Assembly (NCBI GenBank): GCA_030147855.1 | Contig: JASBUO010000044.1 | Span: 1,678 to 65,677, forward strand | DNA from: Gammaproteobacteria bacterium | GTDB taxonomy: Bacteria > Pseudomonadota > Gammaproteobacteria > Legionellales > Legionellaceae | Length of the DNA stretch: 64,000 bases | Direction of reading: 5' to 3' | Part shown: piece by piece, positions 17,680 through 27,841 of the stretch | Layout of the letters: the number at the start of each line of letters is the position of its first letter | Numbering within the stretch: position 1 is the stretch's first letter | The notes under the pieces: generated by a model | The model's database searches: none | What the model saw: the letters and a program-made list of their open reading frames with translations, nothing else | Told to the model about the DNA's origin: nothing | Translations under genes and position numbers: made by a program

Positions 17680-19158
17680 CTAAAACATTTCGGCAAACTT
17701 TTTAGGCAACATCTCCTCACCATGAAATCCATCCAAATAAATCAGCTTAAATACTAATTCATTGGCTTGTGAGTTAATGCTTGAATTATCTGGATAACTT
17801 TTAAGGATTGGTAAAAACACACTTCCGCCAACTACATAGCGCGTATCATTTTTCTGTGAAGAAAGCGCCCATACATTTTGGTAGCTTATTACTTCTGAGC
17901 GATTCTGAATGGTTTGCTCTCCCACATACAACATAATGTGCCCTTTTTTATAGAGCAATGTTAAAAATGGATGCCCTTTCGCTTTGACTGTATCGAGGCG
18001 TGCTTCCAATGAATACGCTGACACATCAAGTGTTGGGTTCAGTGCTTGTTGCATCCATGAGTTTCTCGGCAACCAAATACCAAATGGTGTAAACAAACTT
18101 TTCAGCTCTTGTGAGCAGTCATTTAAGAAAAACGCTCCTCCCCATCCGTAGGGCCTGTGTTGCAGTGCTTTAATAACCTGGGCCATGTGTTTTGGCGAAA
18201 TCATGAGTGGCATACGAGCTGAGGATTTCGTCTCAATGACGCCAGTCTTAATAGCTGCCGTTCCATCCAACTGCTTGACCGGGATCAAAATACTGGTTTT
18301 TGCACCATCCCGTTCTACTTCTGGAAATACAGCACCTATATAGCCCGAAAACTGAAAGCGATGCGCTTTATCCAAAACACTTACTTCTGTTTGTGTGATA
18401 GCTATCAACTGTTTTTGTGCCCCATTTTGCCAGCGCGCAACAAAATCGGGTAACACATACGCGATATCACTGCTTTTAACCCATGCAAAATAAGCATCAG
18501 GGGTTAGAACCAATGACCAAGCTTTATCTTTAGAGATATTTAAAACATAAAGAGGTGTCCCCACCCAAAGGCTCGCTATTTGTAAGTTATCAAAAGGAAA
18601 TCCCTCTCCTGCAGTACGTTCATCAAAAAAGTCTGGGGTTTTTTCAGGTAAAACACGTGCCATGGTATTAAGCGTTACAATAGCCCGCTGATGCACGTCA
18701 AACCCACGTCCATCTAATGCATTTAAATTCATGTTACATTGAATGCCACGCCAGAAAGCCACATCATGCTCTCTAAAGTTTTCTGCATAGTGCTTTGGCG
18801 CACCCGATTTTGTTTGATTATCAAAAATAGCTAGCGTTGTTAATTCCGCTTTTTTTATGTGTGGTAAAAGCGCGCTCACCAGCGCTTTACTCCAGGGAGA
18901 TAATCCTTTTGCATCACTCGCATAATAATGCTGGTAAAACTGCTTTAAGCGCCGTTGTTGCTCCTCAGAGCTCAACAAGCTTTTTGTATAATGTGGGCTT
19001 GTAGGCGAGATATAGATATCCGCATTCTGTGTATATGACTCAATCGGAAAATATTCTCGTGGTACAGTGACTGCAAACGATGCAGTTGTATAACACATTG
19101 CAACAATTAAAAAAAAGATACTTGTAACTCTAAAATAAACTTGCGGAAGTAAGCGCAT
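17680..19158 (-). CDS. NlpC/P60 (C40) family cell-wall peptidase with N-terminal and SH3-like domains
   Basis: Catalytic-type motifs NDCSQELKSLF (Cys) and GHIMLYVGE (His). Signal peptide MRLLPQVYFRVTSIFFLIVAMCYTTASFA. Start trimmed to ATG 19158; the tracked start at 19200 adds 14 unlikely residues. Confidence 0.75.
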   Translation of the reverse strand: MRLLPQVYFRVTSIFFLIVAMCYTTASFAVTVPREYFPIESYTQNADIYISPTSPHYTKSLLSSEEQQRRLKQFYQHYYASDAKGLSPWSKALVSALLPHIKKAELTTLAIFDNQTKSGAPKHYAENFREHDVAFWRGIQCNMNLNALDGRGFDVHQRAIVTLNTMARVLPEKTPDFFDERTAGEGFPFDNLQIASLWVGTPLYVLNISKDKAWSLVLTPDAYFAWVKSSDIAYVLPDFVARWQNGAQKQLIAITQTEVSVLDKAHRFQFSGYIGAVFPEVERDGAKTSILIPVKQLDGTAAIKTGVIETKSSARMPLMISPKHMAQVIKALQHRPYGWGGAFFLNDCSQELKSLFTPFGIWLPRNSWMQQALNPTLDVSAYSLEARLDTVKAKGHPFLTLLYKKGHIMLYVGEQTIQNRSEVISYQNVWALSSQKNDTRYVVGGSVFLPILKSYPDNSSINSQANELVFKLIYLDGFHGEEMLPKKFAEMF

Positions 19159-19364
19159 ACAACACCGATACAACAAACAAAAGAGCTCAAATTGTATCAA
19201 TTTAAATCAAAAAAATCAACGTTAGATCTATTTTAACTAAAATAGTGTTTCTTCAGATACAGAAATATTCAAGTCTTTTATAAGCGGATAAGCACGCCGT
19301 TATCACCAATATTCTTACCGCCAACAAAACACCGCCCTGTGCTTCAGGCCATGTAATATTTTAC

Positions 19365-20609
19365 TCAAGTCAAAACATCACTCATCGCATCTACAAAACG
19401 CTTTGCAAACACATCCCAATGATATTCTTGATCAAAAAAATAGCCCGCATTTTGCTTCATTATATCTATGCGCTCTGGATAGCTTAGCAATTCTTGAAAC
19501 ACAGTCACAGACGCCGCGAAATTATTTGTTGGATACACAGCACCTAAATCAAATGCCTGAATATATTGGGTAATATGCGACGTATCTGAAGATAAAACAG
19601 CAAGGCCTGCCTTTAGATATTGTCCAAACTTACCAGGGCAACAATGTTTATGATTTAAACACGCATCAGGCAAATAAGGAATAACGCCCACATCATAATC
19701 TACCAACACCTCAACAATATTATCCACTTTAATAGGTGGCTTAATTTGTAACGATTGTCCAGCGGTTGTACCAGCCAATCTCAACAACGCTTTTTTATCT
19801 ATATCACTTAAATGAGATAAATATAAATCAAGCGTTGCATGCTCAGGTAAAACTGCGGCCCAAAGCTTAATCAGCAGTTCAATGCCCCGAATGTTGGGCA
19901 CAAATCCTGCAAGCATGACAAAACGTATTGGCTTTTCCTTGTCTCTTGGGACACGTTTTACTTCGGGTAATTTACTCGGCGTATTCGGTAACAATATATA
20001 ACTTTTTTTCTGAAACGATGCATGCAAATCACTGTAATAGTCGCCAATACCATTCGACACACAAGGAAATAAAGCAGAGCACTCAATGAATAAAGCTTCA
20101 TAGCTTAAAACAAAATGCTTCAACTTGCCGAATAAACGTGCTTTCATATCCGAGTAAAGTTCTTTAACATCAAAAATAAACGCTTTATTCGAGTCAGTTG
20201 CAGCATGATAGGCAATGAATGCGCCAAAAAACATTTCACAGCCGTAAAATATATCAACATCTTGGGTAAGTTTTTGAAAATCGGATTTTTGAACTGCTTT
20301 TTTTATGTATGCATGAATCGCTTTAAAGTATAACAACTCTCCTTGCGACTGATACCCACACCACTCCAAGCCGCGCGCCAATAACTTGGCAAACAAAACC
20401 CAAATCCTCGCAAACGACTTTGCTTGTAAGTTATAACAGGTATGCTGTTTAAATAAATGCGTTACGTTTGTATGCGATACAGAAAGTGGGCATATATTAA
20501 TTCCGATTACATCCCAGCCGTGGGCTTTAAGGCTATCTGCAATCGTTAAAATACGAGGGTCGGCCGTTAAATAGCCATAAGAGACCAAAGCAATTTTCTT
20601 CACTCTCAT
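19365..20609 (-). CDS. glycosyltransferase (GT-B fold, family 1/4-like)
   Basis: N-terminus MRVKKIALVSYGYLTADPRILTIADSLKAHGWDV and the C-terminal half are typical of GT4-type enzymes. The tracked start at 20636 is TTG; the ATG at 20609 is preferred. Confidence 0.6.
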   Translation of the reverse strand: MRVKKIALVSYGYLTADPRILTIADSLKAHGWDVIGINICPLSVSHTNVTHLFKQHTCYNLQAKSFARIWVLFAKLLARGLEWCGYQSQGELLYFKAIHAYIKKAVQKSDFQKLTQDVDIFYGCEMFFGAFIAYHAATDSNKAFIFDVKELYSDMKARLFGKLKHFVLSYEALFIECSALFPCVSNGIGDYYSDLHASFQKKSYILLPNTPSKLPEVKRVPRDKEKPIRFVMLAGFVPNIRGIELLIKLWAAVLPEHATLDLYLSHLSDIDKKALLRLAGTTAGQSLQIKPPIKVDNIVEVLVDYDVGVIPYLPDACLNHKHCCPGKFGQYLKAGLAVLSSDTSHITQYIQAFDLGAVYPTNNFAASVTVFQELLSYPERIDIMKQNAGYFFDQEYHWDVFAKRFVDAMSDVLT

Positions 20610-20660
20610 ATTTCCATAGAAATCACGTACAGCCAAACATGGTTGGCCGTACGCTAAACG

Positions 20661-22046
20661 TTACAAAATATAACGCGCCAAATCTTCATCCTCAACCAAC
20701 TTGCCAAGGTGTTTTTGTACATATTCGCACGTTACCTTGATGGTTTCGCCTGCTTTATCTGTGGCTTCAAACGAAATGGTTTCAAGCAAACGCTCCATCA
20801 CCGTATATAGGCGTCGTGCACCAATATTTTCTGTGCGCTCATTCACTTGCCACGCGACTTCTGCAATGCGTTTAATACCACTTTTATCAAAGCTTAATTT
20901 AACCCCTTCTGTCGCCATTAAGGCAGTATACTGCTCGGTCAGTGATGCGTAAGGCTCAGTTAAAATTTTAATAAAATCATCAACACTGAGTGCCTTTAAC
21001 TCAACACGAATCGGCAAACGTCCCTGCAGCTCTGCAATTAAGTCAGATGGTTTTGCGACATGGAACGCACCCGATGCAATAAACAAAATGTGATCGGTTT
21101 TTATCATGCCATACTTGGTCGAAACCGAGGAGCCTTCAACTAAGGGTAGTAAATCACGCTGCACCCCTTCACGAGACACATCCCCCCCACCTTGCTCTGC
21201 ACGCTTTGCAACTTTATCGATTTCATCAATAAATACAAATCCATTCTGCTCAACAGATTCAATAGCACGTAGTTTAATTTCTTCATCGTTCACCAATTTT
21301 GCCGCTTCTTCTTCCCGCAACACCTTCATTGCTTTATGAATCGGCAGCTCTCGACGCTTCACTTTTTCAGAGCCAACTTGTTGGAACATCGATTGTAATT
21401 GGCTCGTCATCTCTTCCATACCAGGAGGCGCCATAATCTCAATACCAACCGGTGATGAAGAGACATTGATTTCAATGGCTTGGTCGTCTAATTCGCCTTC
21501 CCGCAATTGTTTTCTAAATTTTTGTCGCGCTGCAGAGTCACGTCGCGCTTCACCTTCGGTAGGTGGTAATAATGCATCTAACACACGCTCTTCTGCTGCA
21601 TCTTCGGCCTGCTGTGCAACTTTTTTCATGGCACTTTCACGTTCAAGCTTAAACCCAACATCGGCCAAATCACGAATAATCGACTCAACATCACGCCCCA
21701 CGTAACCCACCTCAGTGAACTTTGTGGCTTCTACTTTAATAAATGGCGCATCTGCAAGGCGTGCTAGACGTCTTGCAATTTCTGTTTTACCAACCCCTGT
21801 GGGCCCAATCATTAAAATATTTTTAGGCATAATTTCAGCACGCAAATCTTTATCTTGGATTTGCATACGACGCCAACGATTACGCAGCGCAATCGCAACG
21901 GCGCGCTTGGCATCGTCTTGCCCGATAATATGTCTGTCGAGCTCTTCGACAATTTCTCTTGGTGTCATTTTTGAGCGCGAAGTTATCATTGCCTGAGATA
22001 TTGCGATTACCTCGGGTGTTTTTGAATTTACAACAGTACTAGCCAT
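20661..22046 (-). CDS. hslU: ATP-dependent protease ATPase subunit HslU
   Basis: [34 protein letters not shown] and Walker [16 protein letters not shown] are near-identical in style to E. coli HslU. The ATG overlaps the hslV stop by 8 nt (ATGGCTAG). An alternative start is M20 at 21989. Confidence 0.95.
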   Translation of the reverse strand: MASTVVNSKTPEVIAISQAMITSRSKMTPREIVEELDRHIIGQDDAKRAVAIALRNRWRRMQIQDKDLRAEIMPKNILMIGPTGVGKTEIARRLARLADAPFIKVEATKFTEVGYVGRDVESIIRDLADVGFKLERESAMKKVAQQAEDAAEERVLDALLPPTEGEARRDSAARQKFRKQLREGELDDQAIEINVSSSPVGIEIMAPPGMEEMTSQLQSMFQQVGSEKVKRRELPIHKAMKVLREEEAAKLVNDEEIKLRAIESVEQNGFVFIDEIDKVAKRAEQGGGDVSREGVQRDLLPLVEGSSVSTKYGMIKTDHILFIASGAFHVAKPSDLIAELQGRLPIRVELKALSVDDFIKILTEPYASLTEQYTALMATEGVKLSFDKSGIKRIAEVAWQVNERTENIGARRLYTVMERLLETISFEATDKAGETIKVTCEYVQKHLGKLVEDEDLARYIL

Positions 22047-22587
22047 GATTCACATCCAATTTTTCAATGGTCAAATGATGATTTGTATATACACACATAT
22101 CAGCGGCGATGTTCAAACCTTTCTCGACAATTTTAAGAGGGGATAGTTTCGTGTTTTCTATCATAGCGCGTGCTGCAGCTTGTGCAAACGGCCCACCTGA
22201 GCCAATTGCCATAAGGCCTCCCTCAGGCTCAATCACGTCCCCATTTCCGGTAATGATTAAAGAAGCCTTTACATCAGCAACCACCAATAATGCTTCGAGA
22301 CGACGCAGCGTTTTATCTGTGCGCCAGTCTTTCGCTAATTCAACAGCTGCTCGCACCAAATGCCCTTGATGCATCTCAAGCTTACTTTCAAAACGCTCAA
22401 ACAAAGTGAAAGCATCTGCTGTACCACCAGCAAACCCTGCAATGACTTTATCTTGATAAAGGCGGCGCACTTTGCGCGCATTGCCTTTCATTACAGTATT
22501 ACCTTGTGAAACCTGACCGTCACCCCCAATAACCACTTGTTTACCGTCTCTTACGGACAAAATGGTTGTACCTCGAAACTGTTCCAA
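22039..22587 (-). CDS. hslV: ATP-dependent protease subunit HslV
   Basis: [37 protein letters not shown]. There is no in-frame ATG. TTG at 22587 has the SD GGGAGA 4 nt upstream, while the tracked TTG at 22599 would contain that SD. A short propeptide precedes the catalytic Thr. Confidence 0.9.
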   Translation of the reverse strand: MEQFRGTTILSVRDGKQVVIGGDGQVSQGNTVMKGNARKVRRLYQDKVIAGFAGGTADAFTLFERFESKLEMHQGHLVRAAVELAKDWRTDKTLRRLEALLVVADVKASLIITGNGDVIEPEGGLMAIGSGGPFAQAAARAMIENTKLSPLKIVEKGLNIAADMCVYTNHHLTIEKLDVNHG

Positions 22588-22628
22588 ATTATCTCCCAAC
22601 GCTTATACACTCAATGCTAATAGATAGA

Positions 22629-22657
22629 AGATGGGGGTGTTTTTTTAAAAATCAATG
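22629..22657 (-). promoter_or_regulatory. candidate sigma32 heat-shock promoter of hslVU
   Basis: The minus strand reads CATTGATTT-N11-CCCCCATCT. The -10 matches CCCCATnT (22629-22636) and the -35 has the TTGA core, with a 15-nt gap. It lies about 30-40 nt upstream of the hslV start. Confidence 0.45.
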
Positions 22658-22772
22658 CCTAGGAATAATTTATCCAACGTACAGCAATAGGCCCTAATCT
22701 ATTTTATTTAGAAAAACTGTTGCATGGCGTTAGAAGAGGCGGGAGTATCAACGAAAAATGAAAATGAATTTA

Positions 22773-23201
22773 CTATTGTGCGCAAGCGCCACACACACCT
22801 CGTAACTCAATGGGGTCGTGGCCCAGCTCAAAAGCATCTAGGCGTGCCAAGCGCACAACCGCCTCACGTACCATTGCATCTTGCATTTCACGTACTGTGT
22901 GACACGTTGCACATACCATAAGGACTTCAGAACATGCTTTAGTATCAGGCTCTCCACACAACGCATATGATTGAATAGAATCAATTTTGTGTACAAAACC
23001 TGCCGTAATGAAAAAGCTCAGGGTACGATAAATAGCAGCAGCCGTTACATTAGGCAAAGCTTCGATTAAACACTCTAAAATATCATAAGCTTTCAGGGGT
23101 TTTTTTGCCTGCCATAATACATGTAACACCGCTTTTCGAAGCGATGTTAACGTAAGTGGAATCCCTTTACAGTAAGACAGAAACTCAGAAGAATAATGCA
23201 T
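22773..23201 (-). CDS. Fur-family transcriptional regulator (Zur-like)
   Basis: Winged-helix region (AAIYRTLSFFITAGFVHKI) plus the Cys pairs CATC and CGAC typical of the structural Zn site. Its start is 2 nt after the deoB stop. Confidence 0.7.
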   Translation of the reverse strand: MHYSSEFLSYCKGIPLTLTSLRKAVLHVLWQAKKPLKAYDILECLIEALPNVTAAAIYRTLSFFITAGFVHKIDSIQSYALCGEPDTKACSEVLMVCATCHTVREMQDAMVREAVVRLARLDAFELGHDPIELRGVCGACAQ

Positions 23202-23203
23202 GA

Positions 23204-24412
23204 TTACCCTCGAGGCTTCAAAAAAGAAACCCCTTCAATATCAGCTTCAAGTGCCAAATGACTCGCCAAGGTTTTTCCCATGTCAGCAAAGCTTTCACGC
23301 TTGCCAATAGCCTGGCTATGGATATTGGGTCCAAACAACAGTACAGGTACATGCTCACGTGTATGATTACTGCCAGGAAACGTTGGGTCACAACCATGAT
23401 CTGCTGAAATCAACACACAATCATTGGGCTTTAAAAGCGCATCTAATTCTGGCATACGTGCATCAAATGCTTCAAGCGCTTTGGCATATCCTTCAACATC
23501 CCGCCGATGCCCAAAAGATGAATCAAAATCTACAAAATTGGTAAACACTAAACTGCCTGGTGGCGCAGTTGCCACCGCTTCAAGCGTTGCATCAAATAAT
23601 GCCATGTTACCACCGGCTTTAATCACTTGTGTTGGACCTGAGTGAGCAAAAATATCGGCGGTCTTTCCAATCGCAATAACTTCACGCCCAGCAGCTTTTA
23701 GGTGATCAAGAAGCGTTTTTTTTGGTGGCGGAATAGAGTAATCGCGTCGATTGCTCGTACGCCGAAATTGCCCCGGTGATCCGACAAAAGGCCGTGCAAT
23801 GACACGCCCCACCTGATAAGCATCGACTAATTGACGTGCAATTTCACAAATTTCATATAACCGCTCAAGCCCAAAAGTGTCTTCATGTGCTGCAATCTGA
23901 AACACACTGTCTGCTGAAGTATATACAATAGGGTAACCTGTCTTTTGATGTTCCTCACCAAGGGCTTCTAAAATATCAGTACCAGAGGCATGTATCTCAC
24001 CCAGCACACCTGGTAACTTGGCTTTATCAATAAACGCCTGAATTAACTCCGGTGGAAAACAGGGGTTCGTCTCTGGAAAGTACCCCCACTCAAACCTCAC
24101 CGGCACACCAGCAAGCTCCCAGTGCCCACTCGGCGTGTCTTTACCTAAGCTTTGCTCGACCGCATAACCATAATGACTTTCTGGTTGTGGCAGTTCTGAA
24201 ACATCAACAATACTCTTCCCTGCACTTGCGGCAGCCGCATGGTGCAAACCACGTCGAGCTAAATGAGGCAAGTGCAAGGGACGTTTAGCAGCACTTAAAA
24301 TATGCCCAAAAGTATTTGCCCCCTCATCACCATATTGCGCAGCATCCGCACTTGCTCCAATCCCTAACGAGTCCATCAATAAAACACAAGCACGTGACGA
24401 AGGTATCGACAT
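23204..24412 (-). CDS. deoB: phosphopentomutase
   Basis: VLLMDSLGIGASADAAQYGDEGANTFGHI and the C-terminal SADHGCDPT motif. Start trimmed to ATG 24412, 1 nt after the MFS stop. Confidence 0.9.
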   Translation of the reverse strand: MSIPSSRACVLLMDSLGIGASADAAQYGDEGANTFGHILSAAKRPLHLPHLARRGLHHAAAASAGKSIVDVSELPQPESHYGYAVEQSLGKDTPSGHWELAGVPVRFEWGYFPETNPCFPPELIQAFIDKAKLPGVLGEIHASGTDILEALGEEHQKTGYPIVYTSADSVFQIAAHEDTFGLERLYEICEIARQLVDAYQVGRVIARPFVGSPGQFRRTSNRRDYSIPPPKKTLLDHLKAAGREVIAIGKTADIFAHSGPTQVIKAGGNMALFDATLEAVATAPPGSLVFTNFVDFDSSFGHRRDVEGYAKALEAFDARMPELDALLKPNDCVLISADHGCDPTFPGSNHTREHVPVLLFGPNIHSQAIGKRESFADMGKTLASHLALEADIEGVSFLKPRG

Positions 24413-24413
24413 G

Positions 24414-25709
24414 TCAGACCTCTGTACCTTTTTGCGGTTTTGCAAATGTTTCTTTTAGAAAAAATACCAATATAAATGAAATAAAAAAGGCAGCTGGCAA
24501 TATCAATGCGGCCGTTTGATACGATGCAATCGGATAAATAGGCGTCCCCTCAACCAATTGCACGCCCCCACTTTTCATTAAAATAGCACTAAAAATATTT
24601 TGATAAACAGTATATCCACCTTGAGTCAGAATAGACACTACACTCATTAAGGTTGCAATCATGACAGGTGTTGCACTCTCGGCAACCAATGCATAACTAA
24701 TGACCTGCGCCATCGTTGTAAAGCCTAGCAAAAAAAACAAAAACCCCATCATCTGTAATGAAACATTGGCATACATGATGCAAAGCACAATCAATAAAGA
24801 CACCAATGCCCCCACCTTCATGGGTAACAAGCGCAAACTCAATCTGTCGGAGACAAGCCCAACTAAAGGCCCGCCTAACATTGCACCCAAAAACAACATA
24901 CCGTTCACCATAGATGCTTCCGGTTGTGACACATTCAAGCGCTGCATTAAATACAGCTTACCCATTGCAGCACCCAATACTGCAATCGGTAAATTCATTA
25001 AACTGGTGTACAAGCCCGACAATAATGGTTGCGCATGCATACATCCCTTCCATACCTGATTCATTGGCAAAGTTTGATGTTCTGGTTCTTCGTAACCTTC
25101 GGGTTTATCTTGAATTAACCACATCATTAGTAGCAACATAAACAGACCAAGCCATGCAACATCAAGTACTGCACCGCGCCACCCCAAGTGCAGTACGAGC
25201 TGGGTCATTGGGTACTGCGCAACAAGCCCGCCTGTCATTGCCATGGTCACAATCACTCCCGTAATCATGGCCATACGTTTAGGCGGAAACCAACGCGTTG
25301 CAAGCCGCACAGGTCCTAAAAAACAAAATGCGCTGGTAACACCGGCAATAAAACGACACAAAAGTGCAATACCAAAATGCGTGGTATAAGCCAACACAAA
25401 GGTACTTAACATACAGAGGAACATACACGTAACAAGTGTCTTTTTAATAGAAAGCCTATCAAGCAAAATGCCTGCGCCTAATAAAAAAACAACGTTTGCT
25501 AAATAATATGCGCTAGATAAATACATGAGCTTATTGGCTTGTATGCCAAAATCACGCATCACATGATCAGCAATAGAAGCAAACATATTGCCTTGTACAA
25601 ATTGATAAAAGAAAAACAATGACGCCGCAAGACAAACAAACCAGGGTTGCATGACCGCATAGATGCGCTTCTCTTTATTCACCGTCAACCCCACACTATT
25701 TGTGTTCAC
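24414..25709 (-). CDS. MFS transporter
   Basis: 12 predicted TM helices. An MFS-type loop motif (LLDRLSIKKT) follows TM2. Tightly coupled upstream of deoB. Confidence 0.8.
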   Translation of the reverse strand: MNTNSVGLTVNKEKRIYAVMQPWFVCLAASLFFFYQFVQGNMFASIADHVMRDFGIQANKLMYLSSAYYLANVVFLLGAGILLDRLSIKKTLVTCMFLCMLSTFVLAYTTHFGIALLCRFIAGVTSAFCFLGPVRLATRWFPPKRMAMITGVIVTMAMTGGLVAQYPMTQLVLHLGWRGAVLDVAWLGLFMLLLMMWLIQDKPEGYEEPEHQTLPMNQVWKGCMHAQPLLSGLYTSLMNLPIAVLGAAMGKLYLMQRLNVSQPEASMVNGMLFLGAMLGGPLVGLVSDRLSLRLLPMKVGALVSLLIVLCIMYANVSLQMMGFLFFLLGFTTMAQVISYALVAESATPVMIATLMSVVSILTQGGYTVYQNIFSAILMKSGGVQLVEGTPIYPIASYQTAALILPAAFFISFILVFFLKETFAKPQKGTEV

Positions 25710-25860
25710 AGACGACCTCCTTGTGCGTTACACACGCAAACCCCCTTGCTAATTCCTTTGTAAAGCCACAGGGCACAAAAGACGTGCACATTCTACCAAA
25801 AAAAGAAATCCTTTACCAGGCCTTAAAAGCTCTATGACAGGGTAAAACGTAGCATAACAA

Positions 25861-25889
25861 TTGACAAGTTTTATGACTTTAGGCATGAT
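25861..25889 (+). promoter_or_regulatory. candidate sigma70 promoter of rpsT
   Basis: TTGACA (25861-25866), a 17-nt spacer, then CATGAT (25884-25889). It lies about 37 nt upstream of the GTG start. Confidence 0.4.
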
Positions 25890-25925
25890 ACGCCTCTTTA
25901 CTTTTTGAGTTTCTGGAGAAACAAC

Positions 25926-26192
25926 GTGGCAAACATCAAGTCAGCTATCAAACGTGCTAGACAAAACAACAAACGTCGAGCACATAATGCAAGTGCACGC
26001 TCTATGTACCGCACCTACGTAAAGAACGTTTTAAAAGCCATTGATACCGGCGATAAAGCAGCAGCAATTGAAGCATACACCAAAGCACAGCCCATTATTG
26101 ATAAAGCAATGGCAAAAGGATTCATTCATAAAAACAAAGCCTCACGTGTAAAAAGCCGATTAAATGCTAAAATAAAAGCATTGGCAGCATAA
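25926..26192 (+). CDS. rpsT: 30S ribosomal protein S20
   Basis: (V)[32 protein letters not shown] start at 25926 with the SD GGAGAA upstream. The tracked TTG at 25905 adds 7 non-homologous residues. Confidence 0.9.
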   Translation: MANIKSAIKRARQNNKRRAHNASARSMYRTYVKNVLKAIDTGDKAAAIEAYTKAQPIIDKAMAKGFIHKNKASRVKSRLNAKIKALAA

Positions 26193-26205
26193 ATCCTGCC
26201 TTTTC

Positions 26206-26232
26206 TCGAAGGGGTCTTTTGACTCCCTTCGA
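26206..26232 (+). terminator. hairpin downstream of rpsT (possible terminator)
   Basis: tcgaaggg (26206-26213) pairs with cccttcga (26225-26232), with extra gtc/gac pairing in the loop. The tail ctaaaatt is not a strong U-run. Confidence 0.4.
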
Positions 26233-26260
26233 CTAAAATTAGGTGGATGGTTCACTTTTT

Positions 26261-27841
26261 ATGAAATTCATTAAAAATGCTGTACTGATCGTCCTATTTA
26301 TTTTTCTGACAACGCTCGGCGTGCTCTGGGCCGTTACTGCTTTCATTCAACCAGATACATTTAGAACTATCGCGAGAAAACAACTTTCTTCCATCACACA
26401 ACAAGATACAACCATTGAAGGTAACGTCAGTTGGCGTCTTTTTCCAAGACCTGGCTTAAACTTGACAAAAGTCCGTATTGGAAATGTTGAAAAACCTACG
26501 AAAAACTATGCACTCAATATTGATAGTGTTATATTTCACCTTCAGCTAGCACCCCTTTTTCGCGGAAAAATTGTATTTGATAAGCTCATATTAGATGGCT
26601 TTATCTTACACATCGACCCAAATAATAAAGACACAGAGAAAGCAAGCCCTACAAAACCAACTGTATCTAAACAAACAACCACGGCCCTTTCGACACATGT
26701 CGCTTTAAAATCACTCTTACTTACCAATGGCAAAATTATTCTGACAGATACAAAACAAAAAGCCATATTACAAAATGTGCGGCTTGAAACAACACTACCC
26801 GAAGCACAAGGCGAGCTGTTTCCAGTGCAATTTAAAGCAACAATCAAAAGAAAACCGCATGCTACTTTTCCTTTAAGTGGCACAGTGAGCTATAAGGGGC
26901 TTACTAACCTCCCACCACTTAAAAACATCAATACACAATTAGAAAAATTAATGCTAGATGGGCAGGTCACACTAGAAAATTTACAGGCTGGTGAATATAC
27001 TGCCACAAAAGCCAATGCACACATTCTATTGCGTAATGGCGTATTAGAGCTCAATCCGCTCACCCTCTCACTATATAATGGTGAGTCGGTCGGAAAGCTC
27101 ACCTACAAAATTAATACACAAGAACTCATCTTTAACCAAACAGGCACGAATTTAAATGCTGAACCTGTCTTCCAAAGCTTCTTTAATATTCATCCCTCTC
27201 GCATTACGGGGTTACTAGACTTATCAGTCAACGCAAGTGCAAAACTAGACCAAGCTGACTGGCATAAAAAAATGAAAGTCAACGGTAATTTTACCGTACA
27301 CGATGGCACACTGGCCTACATTAATTTACCCGCTCTTACAGCTGAGGCAAAACAAACGATTCTCACACTTGCTTCGCAAAATATTGACCGAATCCAGACA
27401 ACGTTAGAACACTTAAAGCCGTGGAACCTCAATAACTATTCAGGTAACACGCCTTTTCAGTTATTCAATATTCAATATCAAGCTAAAGGAGATGGTCTTG
27501 TTGATTACAATGTATTGCTTGAAACTAAAAAGCTAAACTTAAAGGGTCAAGGACACATTAACATTGAGACCCGCGCGCTTGATGCACACCTTACTGTGTA
27601 TATCATTACGAAAGATAAAACAACCCAGACTATACAGCACCTTCTAGGCCAGGGTTTTCCATTAGTGGTTAAGGGCACTTTGGATGATCCTTTAGTCAAT
27701 GCCGACCGGCGTGCCATCCGACACATTATCTCAAATGGTGCACTCCCAAAATCACTCATTAAGCCACTCAAAAAACTCAAGAAACTCAAAAAACACATTG
27801 ATCCCCTCAATTATGTCCCTATCCAACCCCTTACAGAATAA
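26261..27841 (+). CDS. AsmA family protein
   Basis: N-terminal anchor MKFIKNAVLIVLFIFLTTLGVLWA and long beta-rich repetitive segments typical of AsmA/TamB-like proteins. Start trimmed to ATG 26261. Confidence 0.7.
   Translation: MKFIKNAVLIVLFIFLTTLGVLWAVTAFIQPDTFRTIARKQLSSITQQDTTIEGNVSWRLFPRPGLNLTKVRIGNVEKPTKNYALNIDSVIFHLQLAPLFRGKIVFDKLILDGFILHIDPNNKDTEKASPTKPTVSKQTTTALSTHVALKSLLLTNGKIILTDTKQKAILQNVRLETTLPEAQGELFPVQFKATIKRKPHATFPLSGTVSYKGLTNLPPLKNINTQLEKLMLDGQVTLENLQAGEYTATKANAHILLRNGVLELNPLTLSLYNGESVGKLTYKINTQELIFNQTGTNLNAEPVFQSFFNIHPSRITGLLDLSVNASAKLDQADWHKKMKVNGNFTVHDGTLAYINLPALTAEAKQTILTLASQNIDRIQTTLEHLKPWNLNNYSGNTPFQLFNIQYQAKGDGLVDYNVLLETKKLNLKGQGHINIETRALDAHLTVYIITKDKTTQTIQHLLGQGFPLVVKGTLDDPLVNADRRAIRHIISNGALPKSLIKPLKKLKKLKKHIDPLNYVPIQPLTE

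Noticed and set aside
20701-21996. Four plus-strand ORFs (77-93 aa) lying antisense inside hslU
   Set aside because: They fall wholly within a gene of unambiguous identity. Their Ser/Ala/Arg-rich low-complexity translations are typical of shadow frames. There are no start-site signals.
22724-22921. A 65-aa plus-strand ORF upstream of and antisense to the zur-like gene
   Set aside because: It mostly overlaps the zur-like CDS on the opposite strand. It has no SD and its composition is not protein-like.
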